Shown here in pieces: positions 36,057 to 44,979 of a stretch of 64,000 nucleotides of DNA. The DNA comes from Chloroflexota bacterium (GTDB lineage Bacteria > Chloroflexota > Anaerolineae > Anaerolineales > Villigracilaceae). A program made the translations under genes and the position numbers. The notes beneath the pieces are model-generated. The model was not told the origin of the DNA. It made no database searches and saw only the letters and a list, made by a program, of their open reading frames with translations. Location of the stretch: contig JBMOMR010000049.1 in the NCBI GenBank assembly GCA_049324715.1, positions 8,026 through 72,025 of the forward strand. The letters run 5' to 3'. Position 1 is the first letter of the stretch. Every line of letters starts with the position of its first letter.

Positions 36057-37343
36057 CTACACGATACATACTACTCTAAAACCAACATTATTTAATGCTT
36101 CCTCATCGGGAAGAAAAGTATATCGGCTAGAAACACGCGCACCGTACTGATAGAAACTCCACGCGCCCCCGCGTAATGCAAGCCCTGTGCATGATCTGTC
36201 ATAATAATTAGCCTGCCATTCCCAAACATTGCCAGCCATATCCATCACCCCATGTGTGCTAATTCCACGTAGGTAGGCGTTCACCGGAGTGGTACCGCCA
36301 ATATTGTAATGGACATTTGCCCGTCGCGCGATTTCCCTATCGTTCCTCGTCGCTATGTGAGCCTTATCCCATGGATAACGAGACATTGGATTTTCTCCTC
36401 CCGCTGCGGCTGACCACTCAATTTCCAAAGGAAGGCGGATTTGTTTAGGGTGAAAATCTGGATTTGCAAGTTCTTCAAGACTGTCCTTCCAGTTACGAAG
36501 TAGCCATTTGCAATAGGCATTTGCCTCATACCATGAAATAGCAACTACAGGATGATCGTGTTTAACAATGCCAAGTTCAGCATCGTGCCAATAGGTAGGG
36601 AAATATCCTGAAATTTTCGATTTACTTTTTAACCACTTCCAACCTTCATTTTCCCACTGACCAATTTGGATACAGTTTTCGTTGAATTTAGGAAACTCAG
36701 TCCATATCGAATCGTTTACAGAAAAATCAAGCGAAGATAAAAAACGTTCGTACTGTACATTAGTGATGGGATATTTGCTAATATGGAATGTATAAGGAAC
36801 TTGACCAATGGGTATAGAAACGAATCTATGCAGATCAAAATCATCGCTATCCTTAAAATCCAATGCCAGTTCCGCAGGTGTCTTTCGATCCAAATCGCGG
36901 GCGCATTTCTCTAGCGCTTGCAATAATTGTGGATAGGCATACAAGGAAGAATCGCCTATGGAATGGCTAGCAAACCTAATATGATGTAAATGGTTAAGAC
37001 AAAATGGAACATCACAATTGTCAAACAAATAAGGCACAATAAAAATTCTACCGTCAGGTTTGTTTTTTGAAATATCTAAAGCCTCCTTAATTTCTCTTTG
37101 AACATAGCCATCTTTAGTTGTAGACTCTTTCGAGAGACAAATAATAATATTGTCCACAGTACTCATGACTTTAAGAATCTTCATATCCCATTTTTCCCCC
37201 GGTAGCAGTTGCTCTTCAGCTATCCAAGGGTCGATCCAAGCCTCAGTTTTTAAGCGATCGTATAACTTACGCGCTTTAGATTCATCTTCCTGAGCATGGC
37301 AGATAAACACACTAAGTTTTCGATGCGTTGAGGATATAGTCAT
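36057..37343 (-). CDS. TIR domain protein fused to a C-terminal non-catalytic FGE/SUMF1-like domain (low-GC island)
   Basis: TIR motifs are SVFICHAQEDESKARKLY, YVQREIKEAL and RIFIVPYLFDNCDVP. FGE motifs are ISWYEANAYCKWL, MDMAGNVWEW, RGGAWSFYQY…GFRVVC. No Cys pair follows RGGAW. Local GC is about 40%. Confidence 0.75.
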   Translation of the reverse strand: MTISSTHRKLSVFICHAQEDESKARKLYDRLKTEAWIDPWIAEEQLLPGEKWDMKILKVMSTVDNIIICLSKESTTKDGYVQREIKEALDISKNKPDGRIFIVPYLFDNCDVPFCLNHLHHIRFASHSIGDSSLYAYPQLLQALEKCARDLDRKTPAELALDFKDSDDFDLHRFVSIPIGQVPYTFHISKYPITNVQYERFLSSLDFSVNDSIWTEFPKFNENCIQIGQWENEGWKWLKSKSKISGYFPTYWHDAELGIVKHDHPVVAISWYEANAYCKWLLRNWKDSLEELANPDFHPKQIRLPLEIEWSAAAGGENPMSRYPWDKAHIATRNDREIARRANVHYNIGGTTPVNAYLRGISTHGVMDMAGNVWEWQANYYDRSCTGLALRGGAWSFYQYGARVSSRYTFLPDEEALNNVGFRVVCIV

Positions 37344-37420
37344 AGAAACCAGCCTAATATTTTATGCGAACAAGTTCAATAGCCAATTAACTAATCCTAC
37401 CTGAAATTGTGGGTAGTACT

Positions 37421-38101
37421 TTATTGTCTCAAATCGGCTTTGAATTTCTTGATCACAAAAGCATACCGAGAAGCCAAATGAAACCAAGGGGGAGACCACT
37501 TAACGCATGGAACGCTATTTTTGATAGCCTGCCGTAAACCAATTGGGTTGTCAAACCAATGGAGGAAAAGTAGGGATCGTCCAACTTCTATTGCCGCGTG
37601 TGCATCCGAACCAACTGTTCCTGCCACATTATACCTTTTTGCAAACCATTTTGCATGATTATTAAACCACGGCAACATACACCGTGAGTTGAACACCTCA
37701 ATTGCATCCACCAACGGGACAATTTCCTCCAAATCGAACAGTGCCCAGCCCCCTTTCCGCAACCTGTCGAACGGATGCGACACGCTGATAAACGCCCCCT
37801 GCTCCCGCAACCGACGGATCGTCTCCTGCGGCGAAAGCCCCGCGGGAACCTCCTCCGACACGAACGCGGCCAGAATCTCCCCCCGCGTCGTCATAACCTC
37901 CTCCCCGACGATGATCCGCTCTGGGTCAATTCTCTGTGCTTCGAGTGCCCCCGCAATGGAATTGTGATCCGTCACAACGACGCGGTCAATCCCCTTCCGC
38001 CGCGCCGCCGCGACCAGGTCCGCGGGACGGAGGAGGGAGTCCGCTGAGGCGGAGGTGTGGCAGTGGAATTCTACACGAAATTGGGATGATATTTGTGGCA
38101 T
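37421..38101 (-). CDS. PHP-domain metal-dependent phosphoesterase
   Basis: HCHTSASADSL is the PHP motif I; additional His and Asp residues (DHNS, SHPF, GSDAHA). Confidence 0.7.
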   Translation of the reverse strand: MPQISSQFRVEFHCHTSASADSLLRPADLVAAARRKGIDRVVVTDHNSIAGALEAQRIDPERIIVGEEVMTTRGEILAAFVSEEVPAGLSPQETIRRLREQGAFISVSHPFDRLRKGGWALFDLEEIVPLVDAIEVFNSRCMLPWFNNHAKWFAKRYNVAGTVGSDAHAAIEVGRSLLFLHWFDNPIGLRQAIKNSVPCVKWSPPWFHLASRYAFVIKKFKADLRQ

Positions 38102-38197
38102 TCGTTACTTGACAAAGAAGTTTTTGCCAGTATATACTGACAGTACGAAATACGCAAAGACGACTTTGGTTTAGCCGGTGGCGGAGAGCATCGCTGA

Positions 38198-40042
38198 ATG
38201 AACGTGATTGCGTTTCTCAATAACATGTTCGTCCTAGCCAACGCAATGTTGGATGTTGCGTTTCTTTGGGGTGGAATAATTCTGCTTCTTGCAGTTTATC
38301 CCGTTTACTTTTTCTCGTCTAATCTCAAAAAATACACAAAGGAACATCACGGTCCAGAACTGCTGATGCAAACCGTTATCCTTGTCCTGATCGTCGCGGT
38401 AATTGCATTAGTTTGGGCGCTTCCAGATATCATCTGGGCATTCAAAATGCGGGTAAGCGAACCATCGACTACCTCAATCACACTAAATGTAGTTACCGAT
38501 ACAATGAGGATTGATAGGCAGATCGGTTGGAACGAAAAGCCATCCATCGTGCTAAATATGTCTAATGAAGCATTGACAATCGATGAGCCCGTCACTTGGG
38601 GACAATTTGCATGGACTTTTTCATCGATTCGCTGGGGAGTGCTCCTCCTCGCATTTTTTGCCGCCGCATATCTATTGGGACGCGAACACGGAAAAAACCG
38701 ATGGCTGATTTCTGCTGTTGGACATGTTGCGGTGATTGCGATTGGCTGGATTGTCAATTTTTGGATGGGTATTATCTTCATTTCCATACCAATCATTGTC
38801 ATGTACTATGGCGCACTCTATGATCTTGCAAATGTTGTCCTTCCCGCATCAAATCCCGAAGACCGCGCGGAGAAGAAGAAAAAGTTCTTTGTGCTGGCAT
38901 CCTACGCCTGGGGAACCCAGGCGCCCCTCACAGTTGTGGATGACCACGCCTGGAAAAAATATGAACCGCGCATCTCCGGTGATATTACATGGGAATTTTC
39001 TGAATTCCCTATTCCATTCCTGAATAAACTTCAGCGCCCCGGGCTGATCTGGACAAAGTCCCACCAGGTAGCCGCAATTTCTGGCGGAACGAACTTCAGG
39101 CGCATAGATGGTCCCGGCGTGATATTTCCCAGCAAGTTGGAACGTCTCGACCAGGTTTTTGATTTACGGATACAACTCCGCACCAGGGAAATTGAAGTTG
39201 TTAGCAAGGATGGCATCCGCTTTATCGCGCGCTACTTTACCGCGTTTCGCCTCGATAAAGATGAGTGGAACAAGGAACTCTACGACAAAATTCGTCCACT
39301 CAACCCGCTTCTGCGCGGTGCAGACAAGTTGAGTTACACCAAGGGAAGTTTCCCCTTCTCCCACGCGCGTATTCAAGCGACCTTGAGCACTACCAGTACA
39401 AAAGTCAGTGAAGGGACACCGCTCATCCTGTGGGATCAGTGGGTGATGAACGTGGTCGAAGACCAGACGCGCAAGATCATCTCGCAAAAGAATCTGGACG
39501 AGATGTGGCGTCCTACAAATGATTATAAATTTGCCAATGCAATGGATGTTATCGCAATCGAACTCAAGGCAAATTCTGAATTGGCATTGCGCGCGGCTGG
39601 CATTTTGCTGGTTGCCGCTCGAGTGGTGAATTTCAAATTCCTGTTCACAGAAGAACAGGGCGACGAAATTGCCAAGCAGCAAATCCACACATGGGGCTCC
39701 GAATGGGAAAGAAAACGTCACGGCATCCTTGCAGAAGCAGAAGCGGAGGCAGAACGCGCACAACAGGAGGCGCGCGCCTACGCTGAGTCATTGCTTTTGA
39801 ATTCCATCGCGGAAGGCCTGCAAAAAACACACGAGATCAACCCAGAGTTACCTCGCCATGTTATAGCGATGCGTTTCTTGAGTTCACTTCAAGATTACGT
39901 TCACAAAGAAATGTCAGAAGAAGAGGAAGGCGAGGAAGAGAAAAACAACAAGACCAGCGAAAAAGAAAAGAGAGAAATGTTGAGCAGGTATTTCAAGGAT
40001 TGGCAGGACACCTTCTTCTCGGGCCGCGGCACGGAGAAATGA
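38198..40042 (+). CDS. Membrane protein with an N-terminal polytopic region and a C-terminal SPFH/band-7-like domain plus coiled coil
   Basis: About 6 TM helices; the SPFH core is VFDLRIQLRTREIEVVSKDGIRFIARYFTAFRL; C-terminal AEAEAEAERAQQEARAYAE; low GC. Confidence 0.6.
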   Translation: MNVIAFLNNMFVLANAMLDVAFLWGGIILLLAVYPVYFFSSNLKKYTKEHHGPELLMQTVILVLIVAVIALVWALPDIIWAFKMRVSEPSTTSITLNVVTDTMRIDRQIGWNEKPSIVLNMSNEALTIDEPVTWGQFAWTFSSIRWGVLLLAFFAAAYLLGREHGKNRWLISAVGHVAVIAIGWIVNFWMGIIFISIPIIVMYYGALYDLANVVLPASNPEDRAEKKKKFFVLASYAWGTQAPLTVVDDHAWKKYEPRISGDITWEFSEFPIPFLNKLQRPGLIWTKSHQVAAISGGTNFRRIDGPGVIFPSKLERLDQVFDLRIQLRTREIEVVSKDGIRFIARYFTAFRLDKDEWNKELYDKIRPLNPLLRGADKLSYTKGSFPFSHARIQATLSTTSTKVSEGTPLILWDQWVMNVVEDQTRKIISQKNLDEMWRPTNDYKFANAMDVIAIELKANSELALRAAGILLVAARVVNFKFLFTEEQGDEIAKQQIHTWGSEWERKRHGILAEAEAEAERAQQEARAYAESLLLNSIAEGLQKTHEINPELPRHVIAMRFLSSLQDYVHKEMSEEEEGEEEKNNKTSEKEKREMLSRYFKDWQDTFFSGRGTEK

Positions 40043-40043
40043 C

Positions 40044-41435
40044 ATGAAACTCCCTGACCCAGACCTCGTCAACTGGCAAACCGCCTACAGCCGCGATGAT
40101 GCCTATCGGGATTTTGGCAAGTATGCCCGATATTACAAGTATCTGTTATTTGCGAGCATTGGCCTTATTGCGGTTTTTATGGCAATCCAATTCTCACCAG
40201 CCGTTGACCAATGGGTTTCCCATTATTTGGGTAAATCGGATGCTTTGACAAAGGCGTCCATCCTGATGACCTTCCTGCTGGCCTTGTTGGCGGGGTACAT
40301 TGCCCTCTCGCTTATTCGGTCCAGGGCATTTCATTTTGCGACCTTGTTCTTTAGTGATTTTCATCAACCGCCTGAAGGCATCGAGCCAGCAAAAATCATC
40401 AAATACCGTCTCCACGGCAAATTCAAACTACCATCGCCGTTCACGATGATTTTTCAATTCAAATACATCATGGCAAAAGAAGGAGAGTTTATCAAAGCCG
40501 ATCAATGGCCTGCATGGATGGCGCGCACGCTTGGAGGTCCATTACTACTGATCGTATTTGACGGATGCGCCTTATATCTCGAACGCGGCAACCGTTTCTC
40601 GCGCGTTGTCGGCCCCGGGGATAAAATCCCCTTCTTGGAATGGTATGAAACTATCAAGTACGTGGTGGACCTGCGGCCAAGAGTCCGCGAGGATAAATTC
40701 GATGTTTGGACCAAGGATGGGATCAAGATAGAAATCAAGGCGCGCGTCGAGGGTCGCATCGGAGACCCCAAGAAGACGGACCCCGAAGGAAAGTTGATAT
40801 ATCCCTACGACCCAATGGCTGTACAAAAAGCCATTGAACGCTATGCCCTGCGCTGGTCTACCTGCCCGGAGGGAGAACCCGTTGAATTCACGTGGATTGA
40901 CGCAGTTTGGGGGCAGGTAACGGGGATAGTTCCAAGTTATATCGGTAGCAGAACATTAGATGACCTTCTACTAGAAAACCGAAAAAGTGGACAAATGCTC
41001 TCTCCAATTGCTGTTCAAGAGATGTTCGATAAACTAAATAATACTACTCAGGGCTTTGGAGTTTATGTAACAGATTTTCAAATCGTAGAAATAAAGATTC
41101 CACACGAAGTAGAGGAACTTCAAAAGGAATATTGGAAAGCAGAAAGACAAAGCGTGTCTACTATCTTGGGCGGACAGACCAAGGCACTCTATATTAGGTC
41201 TAGAGAAAAAGCCCGTGCAGATGCTCAACGCGACTTGATACTATCTATTGCTGATGGGCTTGAAAAGAATGAAAACGAAAATGAAAATGAACGCTTTACA
41301 GCACCCTTGCTTCTAACTTTCTCAAAAATCCTAGACAATAGCCTTAGCGACCCTCTTATGCGAGCGTACTTAGCAACAGCGACCCTTGAAACTCTTGAGA
41401 AACTACAGAGTATGCTTTCAAAGACATCTCAATAG
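40044..41435 (+). CDS. SPFH/band-7 (stomatin/HflK-like) membrane protein
   Basis: Two N-terminal TM helices; the SPFH core is LERGNRFSRVVGPGDKIPFLEWYETIKYVVDLRPRVREDKFDVWTKDGIKIEIKARVEGRIGD; overlaps the upstream gene (TGAcATG). Confidence 0.7.
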   Translation: MKLPDPDLVNWQTAYSRDDAYRDFGKYARYYKYLLFASIGLIAVFMAIQFSPAVDQWVSHYLGKSDALTKASILMTFLLALLAGYIALSLIRSRAFHFATLFFSDFHQPPEGIEPAKIIKYRLHGKFKLPSPFTMIFQFKYIMAKEGEFIKADQWPAWMARTLGGPLLLIVFDGCALYLERGNRFSRVVGPGDKIPFLEWYETIKYVVDLRPRVREDKFDVWTKDGIKIEIKARVEGRIGDPKKTDPEGKLIYPYDPMAVQKAIERYALRWSTCPEGEPVEFTWIDAVWGQVTGIVPSYIGSRTLDDLLLENRKSGQMLSPIAVQEMFDKLNNTTQGFGVYVTDFQIVEIKIPHEVEELQKEYWKAERQSVSTILGGQTKALYIRSREKARADAQRDLILSIADGLEKNENENENERFTAPLLLTFSKILDNSLSDPLMRAYLATATLETLEKLQSMLSKTSQ

Positions 41436-41444
41436 GACAATCTA

Positions 41445-42488
41445 ATGGTTCTTAACCTTCAATTAATAACTAGTTGGCTTGAAATAGAAGATGGCAGGAT
41501 TGTTGATCTAAAAAACAGCATCATGGCCACATTTGGTAACCCTCAAAAAATGCGTCCATTGATTGATCGACAGTGCGAAAACCGAGAGCAAACCCATTGC
41601 CTCTCGTGTGAAAGCGAAAGTGGGTGCTTGATTTTAAATGGAATTGTTTATCTAGAGTTAGGAGAAATTGAAAACGCAATAAGAGAGATTGAAAGTGCCA
41701 ACCGGCATTTCCGTAATAAAAATGAGACTCTAAATCAAATTATCGGTCTCGTATTGCTGGGACAAGCTTATGAGGATAAGAGAAAGGACCATTTAGCTCT
41801 CCGTGAATACGAACAAGCACAAAATGTTCTTGGAAACTATCGTCGAATCCATGCAAACGATTACTTAACAAAAGCTGAAGCCCTAAAAGATATCCTAGAC
41901 GGAAAAATCTCTGAACTTTCAGAGTCAAACTTTTCTGGCAATAGTTCACCAGCAGGTTCTGTAAATACAAATCCCAATCAAGCTATCAACGCCGGAAAAG
42001 ATTTTCTCGCGTTATTTTCCATTCCAATTTACGGAACCGTCGAAGCGGGCCTAGATGGCACATTGCACATAGATCATTTCAACATTTTCACGATTATCAA
42101 CCAAGTCGAGCTTAAAAAACAACTTTATGATGTCTATAATGTGCATGGCACCGCAGAGGCAGATCGGCAAATAACCATTACAACAAAGAGAGAACATGGC
42201 TGGCTGCGCGTTCATGGTCTAAGCATGAACGACTGGGATTTGCCTTTTAGCGAAAACGATTATGTTTTATTCTACAAATCCCAGACTGCGTCACATCATG
42301 ATTTTGTTATTGCATCAAACACCGACCCGTCAGGCGAAATAGATCTAATGGTCAAAAGATTTGACGCAGAAAAAAATCAATTGGTTTCCAAGTCGAAGGA
42401 TAAAAGCAAGCCGTATGGACCCATTCCAGTTGATGAGAGACACCAAATCGTAGGCATTGTAATCGCCATTGCCAAACCTGCCAAATAA
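41445..42488 (+). CDS. LexA-like S24 peptidase domain protein with a novel Cys4/helical N-terminal domain and no HTH
   Basis: The C-terminal LRVHGLSMNDWDLPFSENDYVLF…DLMVKRF matches the LexA/CI Ser-Lys dyad region. The N-terminal cluster is C-x7-C-x2-C-x5-C. Confidence 0.65.
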   Translation: MVLNLQLITSWLEIEDGRIVDLKNSIMATFGNPQKMRPLIDRQCENREQTHCLSCESESGCLILNGIVYLELGEIENAIREIESANRHFRNKNETLNQIIGLVLLGQAYEDKRKDHLALREYEQAQNVLGNYRRIHANDYLTKAEALKDILDGKISELSESNFSGNSSPAGSVNTNPNQAINAGKDFLALFSIPIYGTVEAGLDGTLHIDHFNIFTIINQVELKKQLYDVYNVHGTAEADRQITITTKREHGWLRVHGLSMNDWDLPFSENDYVLFYKSQTASHHDFVIASNTDPSGEIDLMVKRFDAEKNQLVSKSKDKSKPYGPIPVDERHQIVGIVIAIAKPAK

Positions 42489-42532
42489 CAACCAGACAAA
42501 AACAACGGGAATTTACGGGTAAAATAAAAGTT

Positions 42533-43459
42533 ATGCCCTCTCCCCTCCTCCTCGGCTCCTCCTCCCTCGACATCGTCGGCCGCCTGGATTCTGACCTCCA
42601 GCCAGGCACGTCCAATCCCGCGCGGATACGCACCTCGTACGGCGGGGTGGCGCGGAATGTGGCTGAGAATTTGGCGCGGCTGGGGCAGCCCGTGAAACTC
42701 GTCAGCGTGGTGGGCAAGGATCGGTCTGGGGACGAGTTGCTCGAGAGCACCGCCTCCGCGGGCGTGGATGTGTCTGCGGTCCTCCGCACCGACCTCTACC
42801 CCACAGGCTTCTACATGGGCGTGGTGGATTCTCGGGCACATCTCCGTTTCGCGGTGGACGATATGCGCGTCATGTCGGAACTCACGCCTGAATATCTCCA
42901 GCAAAACGCCAGCCTTTTTGATGAAGCCAGTCTCGTTTTCATGGACGGCAACCTGCCCGAAGCCACGCTCAAAGCCGCGGTGGCACTCGCCCGAAAGGCG
43001 AAGGTCCCCATTTGCGCTGATCCCGCCTCCTCGGTCCTGGCGGAGCGATTACAACCTCACCTCGGCAAACTGCATCTCGTCACCTGCAACGTCGCAGAGG
43101 CCGTCGCCCTCACAGGTCAGGCTTTCGAGTCGTCCGATCCACGCGCGGCGCTGGAAGATGCCCGCGCCCTGTTATCCAAAGGTGCGGACATCGCGCTTGT
43201 CACGCTCGCGGAATTCGGCGTGGTGTACGCCACCGCCGAGACGAGCGGGCACATCCCCGCCATCCAGACGCCCATCCTCGACCCCACAGGCGCGGGTGAC
43301 GCGCTCACCGCGGCCGTCCTCTTTGGCCTCGTCAACGAAATGGAAATTGACGACGCGGTGCGGCTCGGCGTTTCTGCCGCGTCGCTCACCCTGCGGCACT
43401 CGGGCACCGTCTTCCCCCAACTCACGCTCGAAAAACTCTACGAACAATTGGTGATCTAA
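42533..43459 (+). CDS. psuK: Pseudouridine kinase (PfkB family)
   Basis: Ribokinase-like fold with the DPTGAGDA motif; immediately upstream of psuG. Confidence 0.7.
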   Translation: MPSPLLLGSSSLDIVGRLDSDLQPGTSNPARIRTSYGGVARNVAENLARLGQPVKLVSVVGKDRSGDELLESTASAGVDVSAVLRTDLYPTGFYMGVVDSRAHLRFAVDDMRVMSELTPEYLQQNASLFDEASLVFMDGNLPEATLKAAVALARKAKVPICADPASSVLAERLQPHLGKLHLVTCNVAEAVALTGQAFESSDPRAALEDARALLSKGADIALVTLAEFGVVYATAETSGHIPAIQTPILDPTGAGDALTAAVLFGLVNEMEIDDAVRLGVSAASLTLRHSGTVFPQLTLEKLYEQLVI

Positions 43460-44391
43460 TGAACTCTCTCCCTGCCTCCTTTATCGTTAAGGATGACGTC
43501 AAACGCGCCTTGAAACTGGACCAGCCCGTCGTCGCGCTCGAATCAACCGTCCTGACTCACGGACTCCCGCATCCGACCAACCTCGCGCTGGGTCGCGACA
43601 TGGAGGCCGCCGTCCTCGCTGACGGCGCCACGCCCGCCACGATCGCCGTCCTGCGCGGCACGATCCGCGTCGGCCTGACGGATGAAGAACTCGTCGAAGT
43701 CGCGCAATCCAGCACCATGAAGATCAGCCGCCGCGACTATGCCGCCGCCATCGCAAAAAAAGCCAGCGGCGGGACAACCGTGGCAGGGACGATGTTCGCG
43801 GCCGACAAAGTCGGCATCAAGGTTTTCGCGACGGGAGGCATCGGCGGCGTGCACAAGGAAGGCCGCTTCGATGTTTCCACCGACTTGCAAGCGCTGGCCT
43901 CCACACAGATGATCGTCGTCTGTGCGGGTGCGAAATCCATTTTAGATTTGCCGTCCACACTGGAGATGCTCGAAACGAACGGCGTCCCCGTTCTCGGCTA
44001 CGGCACGGACGAGTTCCCCGCCTTCTTCTCGCGCTCCAGCGGATTCAAAACCAGCGCCCGCGTCGACTCGCCGCAAGAAGTGGCGGAGTTTGCCCGCGCC
44101 CATTGGGAAATTGGAATGCCGTCTGCTGTGTTGGTCTGTCAGCCTATCGCAGAGAAAGATGAGATCTCCCGCGAGGAAATTGACCCCATCGAGGAACGGG
44201 CCTCGCTCGAAGCGCAGGAAAAGGGGATCAGCGGTCAGGCACTGACGCCGTTCCTGCTTCAGCGCGTGAACGAGTTGACGAACGGAAAGTCCATGCGAGC
44301 GAACATATCGTTTTTGCTCAACAACGCCCACCTCGCTGCGCAGATAGCGAAGGCGATGGCCCCCACAAAGATTAAGATCAAGGCGATGTAA
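43459..44391 (+). CDS. psuG: Pseudouridine-5'-phosphate glycosidase
   Basis: YeiN/PsuG-like sequence (…ALESTVLTHGLP…GGIGGVHKE…). Confidence 0.85.
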   Translation: MNSLPASFIVKDDVKRALKLDQPVVALESTVLTHGLPHPTNLALGRDMEAAVLADGATPATIAVLRGTIRVGLTDEELVEVAQSSTMKISRRDYAAAIAKKASGGTTVAGTMFAADKVGIKVFATGGIGGVHKEGRFDVSTDLQALASTQMIVVCAGAKSILDLPSTLEMLETNGVPVLGYGTDEFPAFFSRSSGFKTSARVDSPQEVAEFARAHWEIGMPSAVLVCQPIAEKDEISREEIDPIEERASLEAQEKGISGQALTPFLLQRVNELTNGKSMRANISFLLNNAHLAAQIAKAMAPTKIKIKAM

Positions 44392-44392
44392 A

Positions 44393-44444
44393 TACAGAAC
44401 CCTCCGAGAGATTAGTTTCGGAGGGTTCTTTCATTTTTATTTTT
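44393..44444. terminator. Bidirectional rho-independent terminator
   Basis: GAACCCTCCGA…TCGGAGGGTTC followed by TTTCATTTTTATTTTTT. Confidence 0.8.
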
Positions 44445-44954
44445 TCAACCTGCGTTATTCAACATATCTTTCACCAATTGCTCGGGGACTTGCACAGCGA
44501 CCACCTCGCCTTTCACGGTGACCACTCCGTTGACCGTGATCCATTCCTCAATAATGACCTTCCTCCCTTTCACTTCTTTCACCTTGCCGCGAATTTCAAG
44601 CGTGGGGCCGAGGGGAGTGGGCTTCAGATAGTCCACATGCAGAGAGGCGGTCAGGTAGCGGAGCGGAGGCTCGGTGTCCATCTCGCGGTTTTCGGTGCGG
44701 TAGCCAGCCGCGGCGGCGGTCCCCGTCCCGTGGCAGTCGATCAGCGAAGCGAGCAATCCGCCATAAACGTAGCCAGGAATCGCCGTGTGGTACGGCTGGG
44801 GGTTGAAGTACGCGACCGATTCGTCCCCATCCCAATGACTCTTGATCTGGTGGCCGAGTTCGTTCTGGCTTCCACATCCATAGCAGACGGCGAAATAATC
44901 GGGGTAGTAATCCTGAAAGGCCTTATCAGACATGCAATGAAATCTCCTTTTCAA
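44445..44954 (-). CDS. PaaI/hotdog-fold thioesterase
   Basis: Hotdog-fold pattern with the N-terminal Zn-ribbon-like CYGCG; GYVYGGLLASLID. Confidence 0.6.
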   Translation of the reverse strand: MKRRFHCMSDKAFQDYYPDYFAVCYGCGSQNELGHQIKSHWDGDESVAYFNPQPYHTAIPGYVYGGLLASLIDCHGTGTAAAAGYRTENREMDTEPPLRYLTASLHVDYLKPTPLGPTLEIRGKVKEVKGRKVIIEEWITVNGVVTVKGEVVAVQVPEQLVKDMLNNAG

Positions 44955-44979
44955 AAATAGAGCGAGATGGGTTCTCGCT

